Notes: generated from the sequence alone by a model not told the origin. 64,000 nucleotides of DNA from IMGVR_UViG_3300047157_000197:186001-250000; one strand, 5' to 3'. Positions 1 to 9,828 are shown, numbered from the stretch's first letter. Numbers and translations: made by a program.

Positions 1-50
1 ATCAGAATTGGCTTATATAAATGCTTTAAATGAAAATTTATCATAAATAA

Positions 51-82
51 TTTGGAAATACCAAATAAATTTCGTATATTTG
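51..82 (+). promoter_or_regulatory. Bacteroidota sigma70-type (early/middle) promoter
   Basis: TTTG (51-54), 20-nt spacer, TATATTTG (75-82), matching the -33 TTTG / -7 TAnnTTTG consensus; 54-95 is an exact 42-bp copy of 13358-13399. Confidence 0.8.
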
Positions 83-103
83 TATAACAAATAAATAAAC
101 TAT

Positions 104-346
104 ATGGCAAACATTAAATTTGTACATCAAGAAGAAAAACAAATTAAAATAAAGGGAACTCCTAAAGTTCCATTTACTAAGAGCAAAAAATTAACTAGTA
201 TGACTGGTGGTAACCCGTTATATTATATTGATATTGAAGAAGCATTTAAATTAAAATTAGATTCTGTCTGTAATTTCACTCAAAAACATCCTCAAGACGA
301 GAATTATGCTCTTATCACTATTCCAATAAATCGAGAAGAAAATTAA
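104..346 (+). CDS. hypothetical protein
   Basis: 80-aa ORF directly after the promoter, A-rich leader. Confidence 0.6.
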   Translation: MANIKFVHQEEKQIKIKGTPKVPFTKSKKLTSMTGGNPLYYIDIEEAFKLKLDSVCNFTQKHPQDENYALITIPINREEN

Positions 347-357
347 AATATAAATTT

Positions 358-558
358 ATGTCAAAAACCGCATGGTTTTTTAGTAATAGGTTACGAGGGG
401 AATCTCATCCCAGGTCAAAATTAACATCTGAACAAGTAATCCAAATAAGAGAACTTTATTCTAAAGGATTTTCTACTAATGTAATTGCCCGAAACTTCAA
501 AGTATCGGCTTGGAATGTAGAAGAAATTTGTAAAAGAAGAACCTGGACTCATTTATAA
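358..558 (+). CDS. small HTH DNA-binding protein (resembles the C-terminal HTH of phage HNH endonucleases)
   Basis: RGESHPRSKLTSEQVIQIR...IARNFKVSAWNVEEICKRRTW pattern. Confidence 0.6.
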   Translation: MSKTAWFFSNRLRGESHPRSKLTSEQVIQIRELYSKGFSTNVIARNFKVSAWNVEEICKRRTWTHL

Positions 559-571
559 ACAAAATTAAAAT

Positions 572-1270
572 ATGACAGTTATAGAAGCAACTTCACCTGG
601 TGATGCTTGGGTAAAAGTATCAAAACATTTATTAGAACATGGTGTAAGAGTAGGTAATCTTACAGAAGAACTTAATGTGATTACCGAAATCACAGAATTT
701 AAATCAGATGATTGGTTTGATGGACACTTCAGAGAAATTATGGGAGATGATAGAATTGATTTCGCTAAAACAGTAACCTTTCTTAAACCAGAACAAAAGA
801 AATCAGATAACCCATTCTTTGATGAGGGAGAGGGATTAGATTATAAATTTATTAAAGACCATTACCATCAATCCTATTGGGGTAGAATGGTATCTTGGAG
901 AGGTGAATTTAATCAAATAGAAAATGTAATCAAAATTCTATCAACTGGTAAAGCAGTAAAACGATGTGAACTTATTATTTTTGACCCTAAGAAAGATGCA
1001 AGGAATCCATATTCACAACCTTGTATGGTTATGATTGATTTAAAACCAAGAAATGGTAAATTATATCTAACATCAGTACTTCGTTCAAATAGAGTATCTA
1101 AAAGTGGTTATGCAGATTACACAGCATTAACCGAAATGGGACATTTCCTTGCTGAACAAAGTGGATTAGAATTAGGAAAAGTAACTACCCTCGCTTGTTC
1201 GTGTCATATTGGTGATATGGATAATGAAAAAAAGAAAACAAACAAGTTATTAGAAGTATTAAATAGATAG
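572..1270 (+). CDS. thymidylate-synthase-fold protein, dCMP hydroxymethylase-like (atypical active site)
   Basis: YWGR; catalytic PC; RSNRVSKSGYADY aligns with T4 gp42 RSNDVVFGFRNDY; SCH motif near the C-terminus. Confidence 0.75.
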   Translation: MTVIEATSPGDAWVKVSKHLLEHGVRVGNLTEELNVITEITEFKSDDWFDGHFREIMGDDRIDFAKTVTFLKPEQKKSDNPFFDEGEGLDYKFIKDHYHQSYWGRMVSWRGEFNQIENVIKILSTGKAVKRCELIIFDPKKDARNPYSQPCMVMIDLKPRNGKLYLTSVLRSNRVSKSGYADYTALTEMGHFLAEQSGLELGKVTTLACSCHIGDMDNEKKKTNKLLEVLNR

Positions 1271-1271
1271 T

Positions 1272-2777
1272 ATGTGTGGAATCGTGGCAACAATTGGATA
1301 TTCTCGTAATGAGGTAGACGATATGTTAGAAGTTATTTCTCATCGAGGTAAAGATAATAGAGGAATAGAAGAATTTGATTATAATGGTAAAAAAGTATGC
1401 TTAGGACATAATCGTTTATCTATTAATGATATATCTCCTTTAGGCAACCAACCAATGAGTTTTGAAAATACTCACTTAATTGTAAATGGTGAGATTTGGA
1501 ACTACCCACAACTTAGAAAAGAATATGAAGAACGAGGATATATTTTTAAATCATCATCAGATTCGGAAATTATATTATACCTTTATAAAGAAAATGAATT
1601 ACAGAGATTAGATGGAATGTTTTCCTTTGTTATATATGATGATAACAAATTAATATTATCTCGTGATTGGGTTGGTAAAATACCTCTTTACATCTATAAT
1701 ACAAACAAATATATTGTTGCTAGTGAATTAAAATCTATACTTGGATATAATGAAACATCAGATATTAGATTCGTTCCAAAAAACTCATTAGTAGAGATTG
1801 ATTTAGATACTGATGAATTTAAAGTAACTAGCGATTTTTATTTTAAATGGTCATCGGATGTAACAAAACCAAAATCAAGTAAAGAAGTTGGTGAAACCAC
1901 ATTTAAATTATTAGAAAGAGCAGTAGATAAACGATTATTATCAGATGTTCCAATTGCAACATCATTAAGTGGAGGTATTGATTCTGCTATTATAACTTAC
2001 TTACTTAAACAAAGAATACCAAGTATCAAAGCATATACAATTGCATTTGACCAAGATTCAAAAGATTTACAAAAAGCAAGAGTTTGTGCAAAAAGTATTG
2101 ATGTAGAACTTGTTGAGGTATTTGTACCAAAAGATGAAAAAATTATTAAACAGAGATTTTTTGATTCAATTAATGTTATTGAATACCCATCAACTGTACA
2201 AATGGAAGTTGGTATATTACAATCATTTATTGCAGAGGAAATGGTTAAAGATGGAATCAAAGTTGCTTTTAGTGGAGAGGGTTCTGATGAATCATACGGT
2301 TCATATGGAACGTTTAGAATGTTCAGTAAGAAACCAGATTGGAGTGATGTTAGAAAAAACTTATTTGAAAAACAACACTATGGTAATTTATTAAGAGGTA
2401 ATACAATCTTTATGAATTATGGAACAATTGAATTAAGGTGTCCATTCTTTGATACAGAGTTTCTACAATATACAACAAATCTACAAGATGAATTTTTATC
2501 AGATAAAGTACAATGGAAAAAACCACTTGCTGATGCATTTAGAGGAAAGTTACCAGATGAAATATTAGACCAAGAGAAAAGGGCTTTTCAAAAAGGTACA
2601 AACTTTAAAGAATATATCGAAGATATTATTTTGAATGATTCTGAAATAAATTTTAAAAATAGAAAAAAAATGTTTCACGTCATTTGTGATAACTTTGAAA
2701 AAATAAATGGGTTTTCTCACAAAAAACTTAGACAACCAATTACAAATAATAATATAGGAATCTACAAATGGGTATAA
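1272..2777 (+). CDS. asparagine synthetase B-like glutamine amidotransferase
   Basis: N-terminal MCGI Ntn nucleophile, HRG, HNRLSI, NGEIWN, SGGIDS PP-loop, GEGSDE, ELRCPFFD. Confidence 0.9.
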   Translation: MCGIVATIGYSRNEVDDMLEVISHRGKDNRGIEEFDYNGKKVCLGHNRLSINDISPLGNQPMSFENTHLIVNGEIWNYPQLRKEYEERGYIFKSSSDSEIILYLYKENELQRLDGMFSFVIYDDNKLILSRDWVGKIPLYIYNTNKYIVASELKSILGYNETSDIRFVPKNSLVEIDLDTDEFKVTSDFYFKWSSDVTKPKSSKEVGETTFKLLERAVDKRLLSDVPIATSLSGGIDSAIITYLLKQRIPSIKAYTIAFDQDSKDLQKARVCAKSIDVELVEVFVPKDEKIIKQRFFDSINVIEYPSTVQMEVGILQSFIAEEMVKDGIKVAFSGEGSDESYGSYGTFRMFSKKPDWSDVRKNLFEKQHYGNLLRGNTIFMNYGTIELRCPFFDTEFLQYTTNLQDEFLSDKVQWKKPLADAFRGKLPDEILDQEKRAFQKGTNFKEYIEDIILNDSEINFKNRKKMFHVICDNFEKINGFSHKKLRQPITNNNIGIYKWV

Positions 2778-3613
2778 TACAAACACCAATAGAAGAATAT
2801 CAACTTAAAGGTAAAACTGTTTATGTCAAACGAGATGATTTGGTTGGTGATGGTGTAAACTATCCACGATGGGCAAAGGTTGAAGGTATAAGAAAGATTA
2901 TAGAATCAGATTATATTGATAAATCAAAACCACTCACACACCTTTCAGTATATGGAAGTTGGACAGGTTGGACATTATCTAAAATGTGTAAAGAATATGG
3001 TATTGAGTTTATTTCATCATACCCAGATTCTAAAACATATCCACCAGAACTATTAGAAATTATTAAAAGTAATGGGGCAACATTGAATCCAATGAAACCA
3101 AATATGATGAAACTGCTTGAGAATAAATTAGGTGGTATCGCAAAAAAGAATGGTTGGCAACAACTACCATATGCTTTTAATCATCCTACTTACATAAATT
3201 ATATGCAAAATAGAATGAAAGATGTATTAGCAGAACAAGATTTTGACCACCTTGTTGTATCAATTGGTAGTGGTGTAACTGCATCTGGTTTAATTCGAGA
3301 ATTTTTACAATATAAAGATTGGAAAGATATTCTTAATAACAAAAGAAAAGTTCATACAATTACAATGTCTGCAATACATTCTACTCAAAAGATTCTCAAT
3401 GAAAATAAAGCAGGAGATTTAAACAATATTAATATTTACAAATCCCCATTTGAGTTTAATGATTTAATGGAAGATTATTCTGTTCCATTTGATTGTAATG
3501 AATTTTGGGATAAGAAAATGTGGTTTTGGTTAGAAGAAAATATTGAATCACTAGATGGTAAAATACTATTTTGGAACATTGGTGGTTCTTATCAAACATC
3601 ATTAGGATTATGA
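2768..3613 (+). CDS. fold-type II PLP-dependent enzyme (ACC deaminase/D-cysteine desulfhydrase-like)
   Basis: TPIEE...VYVKRDDL...WAK (likely PLP lysine), VVSIGSGVTASGL phosphate loop, C-terminal FWNIGG. Confidence 0.75.
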   Translation: MGIIQTPIEEYQLKGKTVYVKRDDLVGDGVNYPRWAKVEGIRKIIESDYIDKSKPLTHLSVYGSWTGWTLSKMCKEYGIEFISSYPDSKTYPPELLEIIKSNGATLNPMKPNMMKLLENKLGGIAKKNGWQQLPYAFNHPTYINYMQNRMKDVLAEQDFDHLVVSIGSGVTASGLIREFLQYKDWKDILNNKRKVHTITMSAIHSTQKILNENKAGDLNNINIYKSPFEFNDLMEDYSVPFDCNEFWDKKMWFWLEENIESLDGKILFWNIGGSYQTSLGL

Positions 3614-4842
3614 CAAACGGCGAAGATATATTAGCAAAATATAGGAAGGATATATTTGAAGGAGATTTTCCAACAATTTCAGAAAATGATTGGGAAACTT
3701 TAAAAGAATCATATCCAAAAGACCAAGTAAAAGAAATGTTGGCTGAACTTTTTATGGAATATCCAATACCCTATGCAGAAATTAGTGAAGAAAATGCTTA
3801 CAATGATTACCTTAAACTAAAAGCTTTTCGCTGGATAGAATATCTAAAGGAAGGTGAGTGGTTCCCAAGAAAAGCAGCTGAATCAAAATATCCATTAACA
3901 TATAATGGAAAACAACAATTCTTTTCTCGTATTAATACAGGTAATAGGGCATCTAATTACTTTCAACAGCACAACAGATGGTCAGTAGATGGTTCAGTTT
4001 CTCCAGGTCCAAAAAGGACATGGGAAACCAAAGCATTTATGAAATCACTAATGGGTTCAGCTTATTCTTTAAAATTACCACAAGTTGGTAAAAAAGAATT
4101 AAGAACAATGATTGGGTTACGCAAGTACATATGTGCTCAGTTCAAGCCAAATGTAGCCAAGATGTTTTATGATATGAATAATGCCAAGACCGTACTTGAT
4201 TTTTCAATGGGCTGGGGAGATAGGTTAGCAGGGGCTTTCTCAAGCGAAACTGTTGAACATTATGTAGGACTAGACCCTCGTAAAGAGAATCACCCTATCT
4301 ATGAACAACAAAGAGATTTCTATACCAAACATACATCTTTCTTCGAGAACCCAACTAAAACAACGTTCTATGAATCACCAGCAGAAGATTTTGATTACTC
4401 TGAATATAATGAGTACTTTGATATAGTATTTACATCACCTCCATATTTCTCAGTAGAAAGATATTCACATGATGATACTCAAAGTTGGGTAAGATATAAA
4501 AACATTGATGTGTGGAATGAACATTTCTTACATAAGGCACTTGGAAAGATTATACCAACGGTAAAAAAAGGTGGGATAATTGCAGTAAACATAGCTGATG
4601 TATATGCAAGTTCTAAAGGAGGAAAAGATTGGTTAGAAATATGTAATCCAATGATTGATTTCCTAACATCACAAGGATTAACTTACAAAGGTTGTATTGG
4701 TATGGAAATGGCAAAGAGACCTAATAGTGGTGGAGCAGGAACTGCTAAAGATGATGGACAGTATTCAGAGGAAAGTTTAAAATTAGCAGAAGAAACACAA
4801 AATCAAACTTTTTGTGAACCAATTTGGATAATTCAGAAATAA
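3610..4842 (+). CDS. SAM-dependent amino-methyltransferase-like DNA modification enzyme (SPPY type)
   Basis: VLDFSMGWGDR motif I, YVGLDP, FTSPPYF motif IV; ATG at 3610 overlaps the upstream TGA, so it is preferred over the 3571 start. Confidence 0.8.
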   Translation: MTNGEDILAKYRKDIFEGDFPTISENDWETLKESYPKDQVKEMLAELFMEYPIPYAEISEENAYNDYLKLKAFRWIEYLKEGEWFPRKAAESKYPLTYNGKQQFFSRINTGNRASNYFQQHNRWSVDGSVSPGPKRTWETKAFMKSLMGSAYSLKLPQVGKKELRTMIGLRKYICAQFKPNVAKMFYDMNNAKTVLDFSMGWGDRLAGAFSSETVEHYVGLDPRKENHPIYEQQRDFYTKHTSFFENPTKTTFYESPAEDFDYSEYNEYFDIVFTSPPYFSVERYSHDDTQSWVRYKNIDVWNEHFLHKALGKIIPTVKKGGIIAVNIADVYASSKGGKDWLEICNPMIDFLTSQGLTYKGCIGMEMAKRPNSGGAGTAKDDGQYSEESLKLAEETQNQTFCEPIWIIQK

Positions 4843-4854
4843 TTCGTATATTTG
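4823..4854 (+). promoter_or_regulatory. Bacteroidota-type promoter for DNA polymerase
   Basis: TTTG 4823-4826, N20, TATATTTG 4847-4854. Confidence 0.75.
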
Positions 4855-4878
4855 TATAAATAAATAAAACAGAACAGA

Positions 4879-7395
4879 TTGTATCAAAACATTTATTACC
4901 AGAGAGAAAGAAATTTAATCCATTTATGGGATGACCAGAGAGGATATTCTGCATTTCCATATACAAGATATGCGTATGAGAAATCTTTAAGAGGTGAGTA
5001 TAAATCTATTTATGGAGATACACTAACCAAAATTTATAAATTCAAAGGAGATAATCCTGATTTATTTGAATCTGATGTACCCGAAACTACAAGGGCTTTA
5101 GTAGATTTATATTCTGAATCTGATGAACCATCAGAAGGTCATGTTATTCTTACTTATGATATTGAGTGTGAAATGTTAAGTGGATTGCCAGACCCACAAG
5201 AAGCTAAAAACGAATTAACTTCAATTGCACTTCATGATTCAGCAACAAACCAATATTGGGTATTAGTTGTTGATAAGGAAGGTGGTATGAAAGAAAAAAC
5301 TACCGATAAATGTATCGTATTTCCATTTCAAGATGAACGAGATATGTTAATGAAGTATTTGGAATTATATGAAATGATTAATCCATCAATCGTTACAGGT
5401 TGGAATATTGATTATTTCGATACACCAATGTTATACAACAGAATCAAAAGATTATTAGGAGAAAAACATGCTAATAGATTATCACCAATCGGTAAATGTT
5501 TCTGGTCACCATATCGTAAGAGATATTTTATGGCAGGTGTATCTTATTTAGATTATATTGAACTTTATAAGAAATACAACTATGGTGAACTTCCAAACTA
5601 TCGATTAGATACAGTTGCACAAATAGAATTAGGTAGAGGTAAGATTGAATATCAAGGAAACTTAGACCAATTATTCAGAGATGATATTGAAAAGTTCATT
5701 GAGTATAACTTAGTGGATGTTGAATTGGTTGTAGGATTTGAAGAAAAACTTGAATTTATAGATTTATGTAGAGGTATTGCACATGCAGGTCATGTACCTT
5801 ATGAAGATTTTGTATATTCATCAAAGTATCTTGAAGGAGCAATGTTAACATATCTACGAAGAAAAGGATTAGTTGCACCAAACAAACCAGCAGATAGACG
5901 TGAAAGAATGGAAGCTCTTAAAGAATCTGGTTCTGAAAAGTTTATAGGAGCTTATGTAAAAGCACCAATCGTTGGTAAGTATGATTGGATATATGATTTA
6001 GATTTAACATCTCTATATCCATCTATTATTATGACTCTAAATATATCACCAGAAGCAAAAGTTGGAAAAGTTCAAGATTGGGATGCAAATAAGTTTGTTA
6101 AAGGTGAAGTTGATACTTATCGTATTGGTGAAGATACTATCACAAAAGAAAATTTAAAGAAATATTTAGAACAATCTAAATTTTCAATAGCATCAAATGG
6201 TGTACTTTACCGAACAGATAAAGTAGGTTGTATTCCAGGTATTCTAAACTTATGGTTTGATAAAAGGGTAGAATATAAAAACGAAATGAAAAAATATGGA
6301 AAAGCAGGAAACAAAGCAAAATATGCCTTCTTTCACAAACGTCAGTTGGTTCAGAAAATTTTACTTAACTCTTTATATGGTGTGCTTGGGCTTCCTGCCT
6401 TTAGGTTCTATGATGTTGATAATGCTACCGCTGTTACCACGACAGGACAGACAGTTATTAAATCAACTGCGGATATGGCTAATATCAAGTACAACAAGGA
6501 GCTTAATACTCCTGATGCTGACTCTAATATATACATTGATACTGATTCAGTATTTTTCTCAGCAGTTCCTTTAATGGATAAAAGATTTCCTAATTGGAAA
6601 GATGAAGAACAAGATACAATTGCTGGTTATGTAAATGATATTGCAGAAGAAATGCAAGATTATTTAAATGATTTCTATGATATACTTTCAAAAAAAGTTT
6701 TAAATGTAGATAAAGATAAACATAGATTAGAGATTAAAAAAGAATATGTTGCAAAAGCAGGATTGTGGATTGCAAAGAAAAGATATGCACAATGGATTAT
6801 ATCAGATAATGGTGTACCAGTTGATAAGTTAGATGTAAAAGGTTTAGATGTTAAACGAAGTTCGTTTCCAAAAGCATTCCAAGAATGTATGGGTACAGTT
6901 TTGATTGATATTCTAAAAGGTAAATCAGAAGAAGAAATTTCAGATTATGTTTTAGATTTTAAAAAGAAAATGGTAAACAGACCTACATCTGAGATTGCAA
7001 AGAACTCAGCGGTAAAGAATCTTAAAAAATATATGCCGAAAGGTAAGAGAGAACCGTTTACAATGATGAAAGGAACACCTGCCCATGTTAAAGCAGCAAT
7101 CTTATATAATGATTGTTTGAAACATTTCAATGCACCTTTCAAATATGAACCAATGAAAAATGGTGATAAGGTAAAATGGGTATATCTTAAAGATAATCCA
7201 CTAGGAATCGATGGATTAGCATTTAGTGGATATAACGACCCAAAAGAGATAGAAGAATTTATTGCAACATATATTGACTATAATAAAATCTTTGAAAGAG
7301 AATTAAAAGGTAAACTACAAGATTTCTTCGATGCTATTGGTTGGGGAGATGTTGTAAGTGAACAACGAACTGCAGAAAAGTTCTTCAGTTTTTAA
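4879..7395 (+). CDS. family B DNA polymerase (T4 gp43-like)
   Basis: exonuclease YDIE and GWNIDYFD; polymerase DLDLTSLYPS, KILLNSLYG, YIDTDS, KKRY; TTG start. Confidence 0.97.
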   Translation: MYQNIYYQRERNLIHLWDDQRGYSAFPYTRYAYEKSLRGEYKSIYGDTLTKIYKFKGDNPDLFESDVPETTRALVDLYSESDEPSEGHVILTYDIECEMLSGLPDPQEAKNELTSIALHDSATNQYWVLVVDKEGGMKEKTTDKCIVFPFQDERDMLMKYLELYEMINPSIVTGWNIDYFDTPMLYNRIKRLLGEKHANRLSPIGKCFWSPYRKRYFMAGVSYLDYIELYKKYNYGELPNYRLDTVAQIELGRGKIEYQGNLDQLFRDDIEKFIEYNLVDVELVVGFEEKLEFIDLCRGIAHAGHVPYEDFVYSSKYLEGAMLTYLRRKGLVAPNKPADRRERMEALKESGSEKFIGAYVKAPIVGKYDWIYDLDLTSLYPSIIMTLNISPEAKVGKVQDWDANKFVKGEVDTYRIGEDTITKENLKKYLEQSKFSIASNGVLYRTDKVGCIPGILNLWFDKRVEYKNEMKKYGKAGNKAKYAFFHKRQLVQKILLNSLYGVLGLPAFRFYDVDNATAVTTTGQTVIKSTADMANIKYNKELNTPDADSNIYIDTDSVFFSAVPLMDKRFPNWKDEEQDTIAGYVNDIAEEMQDYLNDFYDILSKKVLNVDKDKHRLEIKKEYVAKAGLWIAKKRYAQWIISDNGVPVDKLDVKGLDVKRSSFPKAFQECMGTVLIDILKGKSEEEISDYVLDFKKKMVNRPTSEIAKNSAVKNLKKYMPKGKREPFTMMKGTPAHVKAAILYNDCLKHFNAPFKYEPMKNGDKVKWVYLKDNPLGIDGLAFSGYNDPKEIEEFIATYIDYNKIFERELKGKLQDFFDAIGWGDVVSEQRTAEKFFSF

Positions 7396-7412
7396 AAATA
7401 TATACGAAAAAA

Positions 7413-7444
7413 TTTGTTAATCACAAATAATTTTCGTATATTTG
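7413..7444 (+). promoter_or_regulatory. Bacteroidota-type promoter, embedded in an inverted repeat
   Basis: TTTG 7413-7416, N20, TATATTTG 7437-7444. Confidence 0.75.
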
Positions 7445-7477
7445 TACAAATATAAATTATAATTAAGTAAATAAACA

Positions 7478-8191
7478 ATGGAAAAACAATCATTAAACAG
7501 GTTTGTATCAAAATACAACCTCGCAGGTTTAGTAGAATCTGTAAAGTGGGAATCAAAAGATGGTTCTCTAACTACTTCTTTTATTTCTGATGATAAATCA
7601 GTATTAGGAAGTGTAAGTATGAAAGAGTTTGATACTTCAGATGCATCTTTTGGTGTATATGATACTTCAAAACTTACAAAAATGTTATCAGTTCTTGGTA
7701 ACGATGTAGATTTCTCAATCAATGATATTGATGGGAAACCAGTTTCTTTGAAATTCAAAGATGGTTCAACAAATGTAAATTATATGTTAGCTGATTTATC
7801 AGTTATCCCTAATGTACCAGATTTGAAACAATTACCACCATTCAATGTGGAAATTAAATTAGATGCAAACTTTATCTCAAAGTTTATTAAAGCAAAAGGT
7901 GCTTTAGCTGATGAGAATAACTTTACATTTACTTGTAAAGATGGTGCTGGTCAAATTATTTTAGGTTATTCAAATATTAACACAAACAGAATTAACATAG
8001 ATGTTGACTGTACTTGTGAAAAAGATGTTGACCCAATTTCTTTTTCGGCAACATACTTAAAAGAGATACTAGTTGCAAACAAAGAGGCTACTGATGCAAT
8101 TTTAAAGATTTCATCTCAAGGATTATCACATATCTCTTTTTCAATCGATAACTACGAATCAAATTATTATTTAGTAGAAATACAAGCTTAA
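7478..8191 (+). CDS. sliding clamp (gp45/PCNA-like)
   Basis: 237 aa, FGVYDTSKL and YMLAD resemble T4-like gp45; adjacent to the polymerase. Confidence 0.8.
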   Translation: MEKQSLNRFVSKYNLAGLVESVKWESKDGSLTTSFISDDKSVLGSVSMKEFDTSDASFGVYDTSKLTKMLSVLGNDVDFSINDIDGKPVSLKFKDGSTNVNYMLADLSVIPNVPDLKQLPPFNVEIKLDANFISKFIKAKGALADENNFTFTCKDGAGQIILGYSNINTNRINIDVDCTCEKDVDPISFSATYLKEILVANKEATDAILKISSQGLSHISFSIDNYESNYYLVEIQA

Positions 8192-9828
8192 TGAGTGATA
8201 AACACTTTTACGAAAGAAGTAAGTTTTCCGAGTTTAAATCCAATACTACTTATCATCAGTTGTTAGAAATGACTGATGATGAGTTTGTGGTATGGGCTCG
8301 TTTACTCCGTAAAGAGGTTACTACACAATGGGATGAAAGAGGAACTCCACCAGTAATTGGTAGAGATGAAGATGGTATTATTGAAAAGTTTAAGAAACTT
8401 AAATCTAATCCATCTAATTATTGGATTAAAGATGTAACTGATGATACAGAATCATTGGGTATCATTAAAAACTTTAATAAAGATGCATCAGTTGTAAATC
8501 AGTTTTTTCCTACAATGTTAAAAACTAAGATATCAACAGGTAAATCTGCAGATGGTGGTTTATCTATTTATGACCATTTTTCAGACCCTACGTTAGAAGA
8601 TAAGTTTGTTAAAATAATGAAACGAGCAGTTAAAAGAGATTCAATGTACTCTTGGTCTCGTTCAATTGTTGATAAGAAAGATGAAAATCCTTTTTGGACT
8701 GGACAAAATATAGTTCAATTTGTAAAAGATGTTCATAATGATAAAGTTTTTAAAGGAAAATATAAAAATTTAAGTATTGTTCTTGCAAAGGCTAAATCAT
8801 CTACATTAGAAAATTATGGTACATTCAATGAAGAGTTTGTTGGATATGGTAATTTGTATATGTCTGCAGATGAAGTGAATAAATTAGTTGATGAGGGGTA
8901 TTTAAATACAACTCAAACTTCTAATTTAGGTGAGATAGTTGATTCAACAACATCTGATGCAGGAACTGTTACTACTTATAAATATTTAATTCGTTGGTAT
9001 GATAAAACAGATGGTATCTTTCCAAAAATATTACAAGTATTTAGATTAAGTTGTGGACAACCAGCAGTAAACTTCCCAGCATTAACTGCTAAATGGATTT
9101 ATGAAAACTATACTAAACATATAGATGATGATGAACCATTACATATTTATGATTCATCAAGTGGTTGGGGTGGTAGAATCTTAGGAGCAATGAGTTCTCG
9201 TAAGAAAATTCACTATGTTGGTACAGACCCTAATCCTGATAACTTCTTAAATGAAGAAGGTATTTCTCGTTATGAGTACATGGCTAAGTTTTATAATGAT
9301 AATTGTGTAGATGATTATTCAGATAAACTTACATCATTCTTTGATGTAACACCACAAGGTAACACCTATGAGTTATTTCAAAATGGTTCAGAATTAATCT
9401 CAAACAATCCTAAGTTTCAAAAGTATAAAGGTAAATTAGATATTTCATTTACTTCACCTCCTTACTTTAATAGAGAACAATATTCACAAGATGAGAATCA
9501 ATCGTTCAAAGCTTATGGTGAATATGAAGATTGGAGAGATAACTTTTTAAGACCTACTCTAACAACAATCTATGAATATCTTAAAAACGATAGATATATA
9601 CTATGGAATATTGCAGATATTAAAATCGGTAAATCAATTTACTATCCATTAGAACAAGATTCAATTGATATCTTAAATGAATTAGGTTGTGAATATAAAG
9701 GTAAACTTAAAATGTTAATGACACGAATGGTTGGATTAGACCCATCTAAGAGTGGAATAAAAAATTCAGTTCAATACGAAGGAAAGGCATATAAATTTGA
9801 ACCAATCTTCGTTTTTTATAAACCTTAA
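8191..9828 (+). CDS. second SPPY-type methyltransferase-like DNA modification enzyme
   Basis: NFPALTAK, YDSSSGWGGR, YVGTDP, FTSPPYFNREQYS; paralogue of 3610-4842 including the C-terminal EPIF/EPIW. Confidence 0.8.
   Translation: MSDKHFYERSKFSEFKSNTTYHQLLEMTDDEFVVWARLLRKEVTTQWDERGTPPVIGRDEDGIIEKFKKLKSNPSNYWIKDVTDDTESLGIIKNFNKDASVVNQFFPTMLKTKISTGKSADGGLSIYDHFSDPTLEDKFVKIMKRAVKRDSMYSWSRSIVDKKDENPFWTGQNIVQFVKDVHNDKVFKGKYKNLSIVLAKAKSSTLENYGTFNEEFVGYGNLYMSADEVNKLVDEGYLNTTQTSNLGEIVDSTTSDAGTVTTYKYLIRWYDKTDGIFPKILQVFRLSCGQPAVNFPALTAKWIYENYTKHIDDDEPLHIYDSSSGWGGRILGAMSSRKKIHYVGTDPNPDNFLNEEGISRYEYMAKFYNDNCVDDYSDKLTSFFDVTPQGNTYELFQNGSELISNNPKFQKYKGKLDISFTSPPYFNREQYSQDENQSFKAYGEYEDWRDNFLRPTLTTIYEYLKNDRYILWNIADIKIGKSIYYPLEQDSIDILNELGCEYKGKLKMLMTRMVGLDPSKSGIKNSVQYEGKAYKFEPIFVFYKP

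Noticed and set aside
4879-7395. Intein or intron in the DNA polymerase
   Set aside because: Continuous 838-aa ORF of normal size with all motifs in order.
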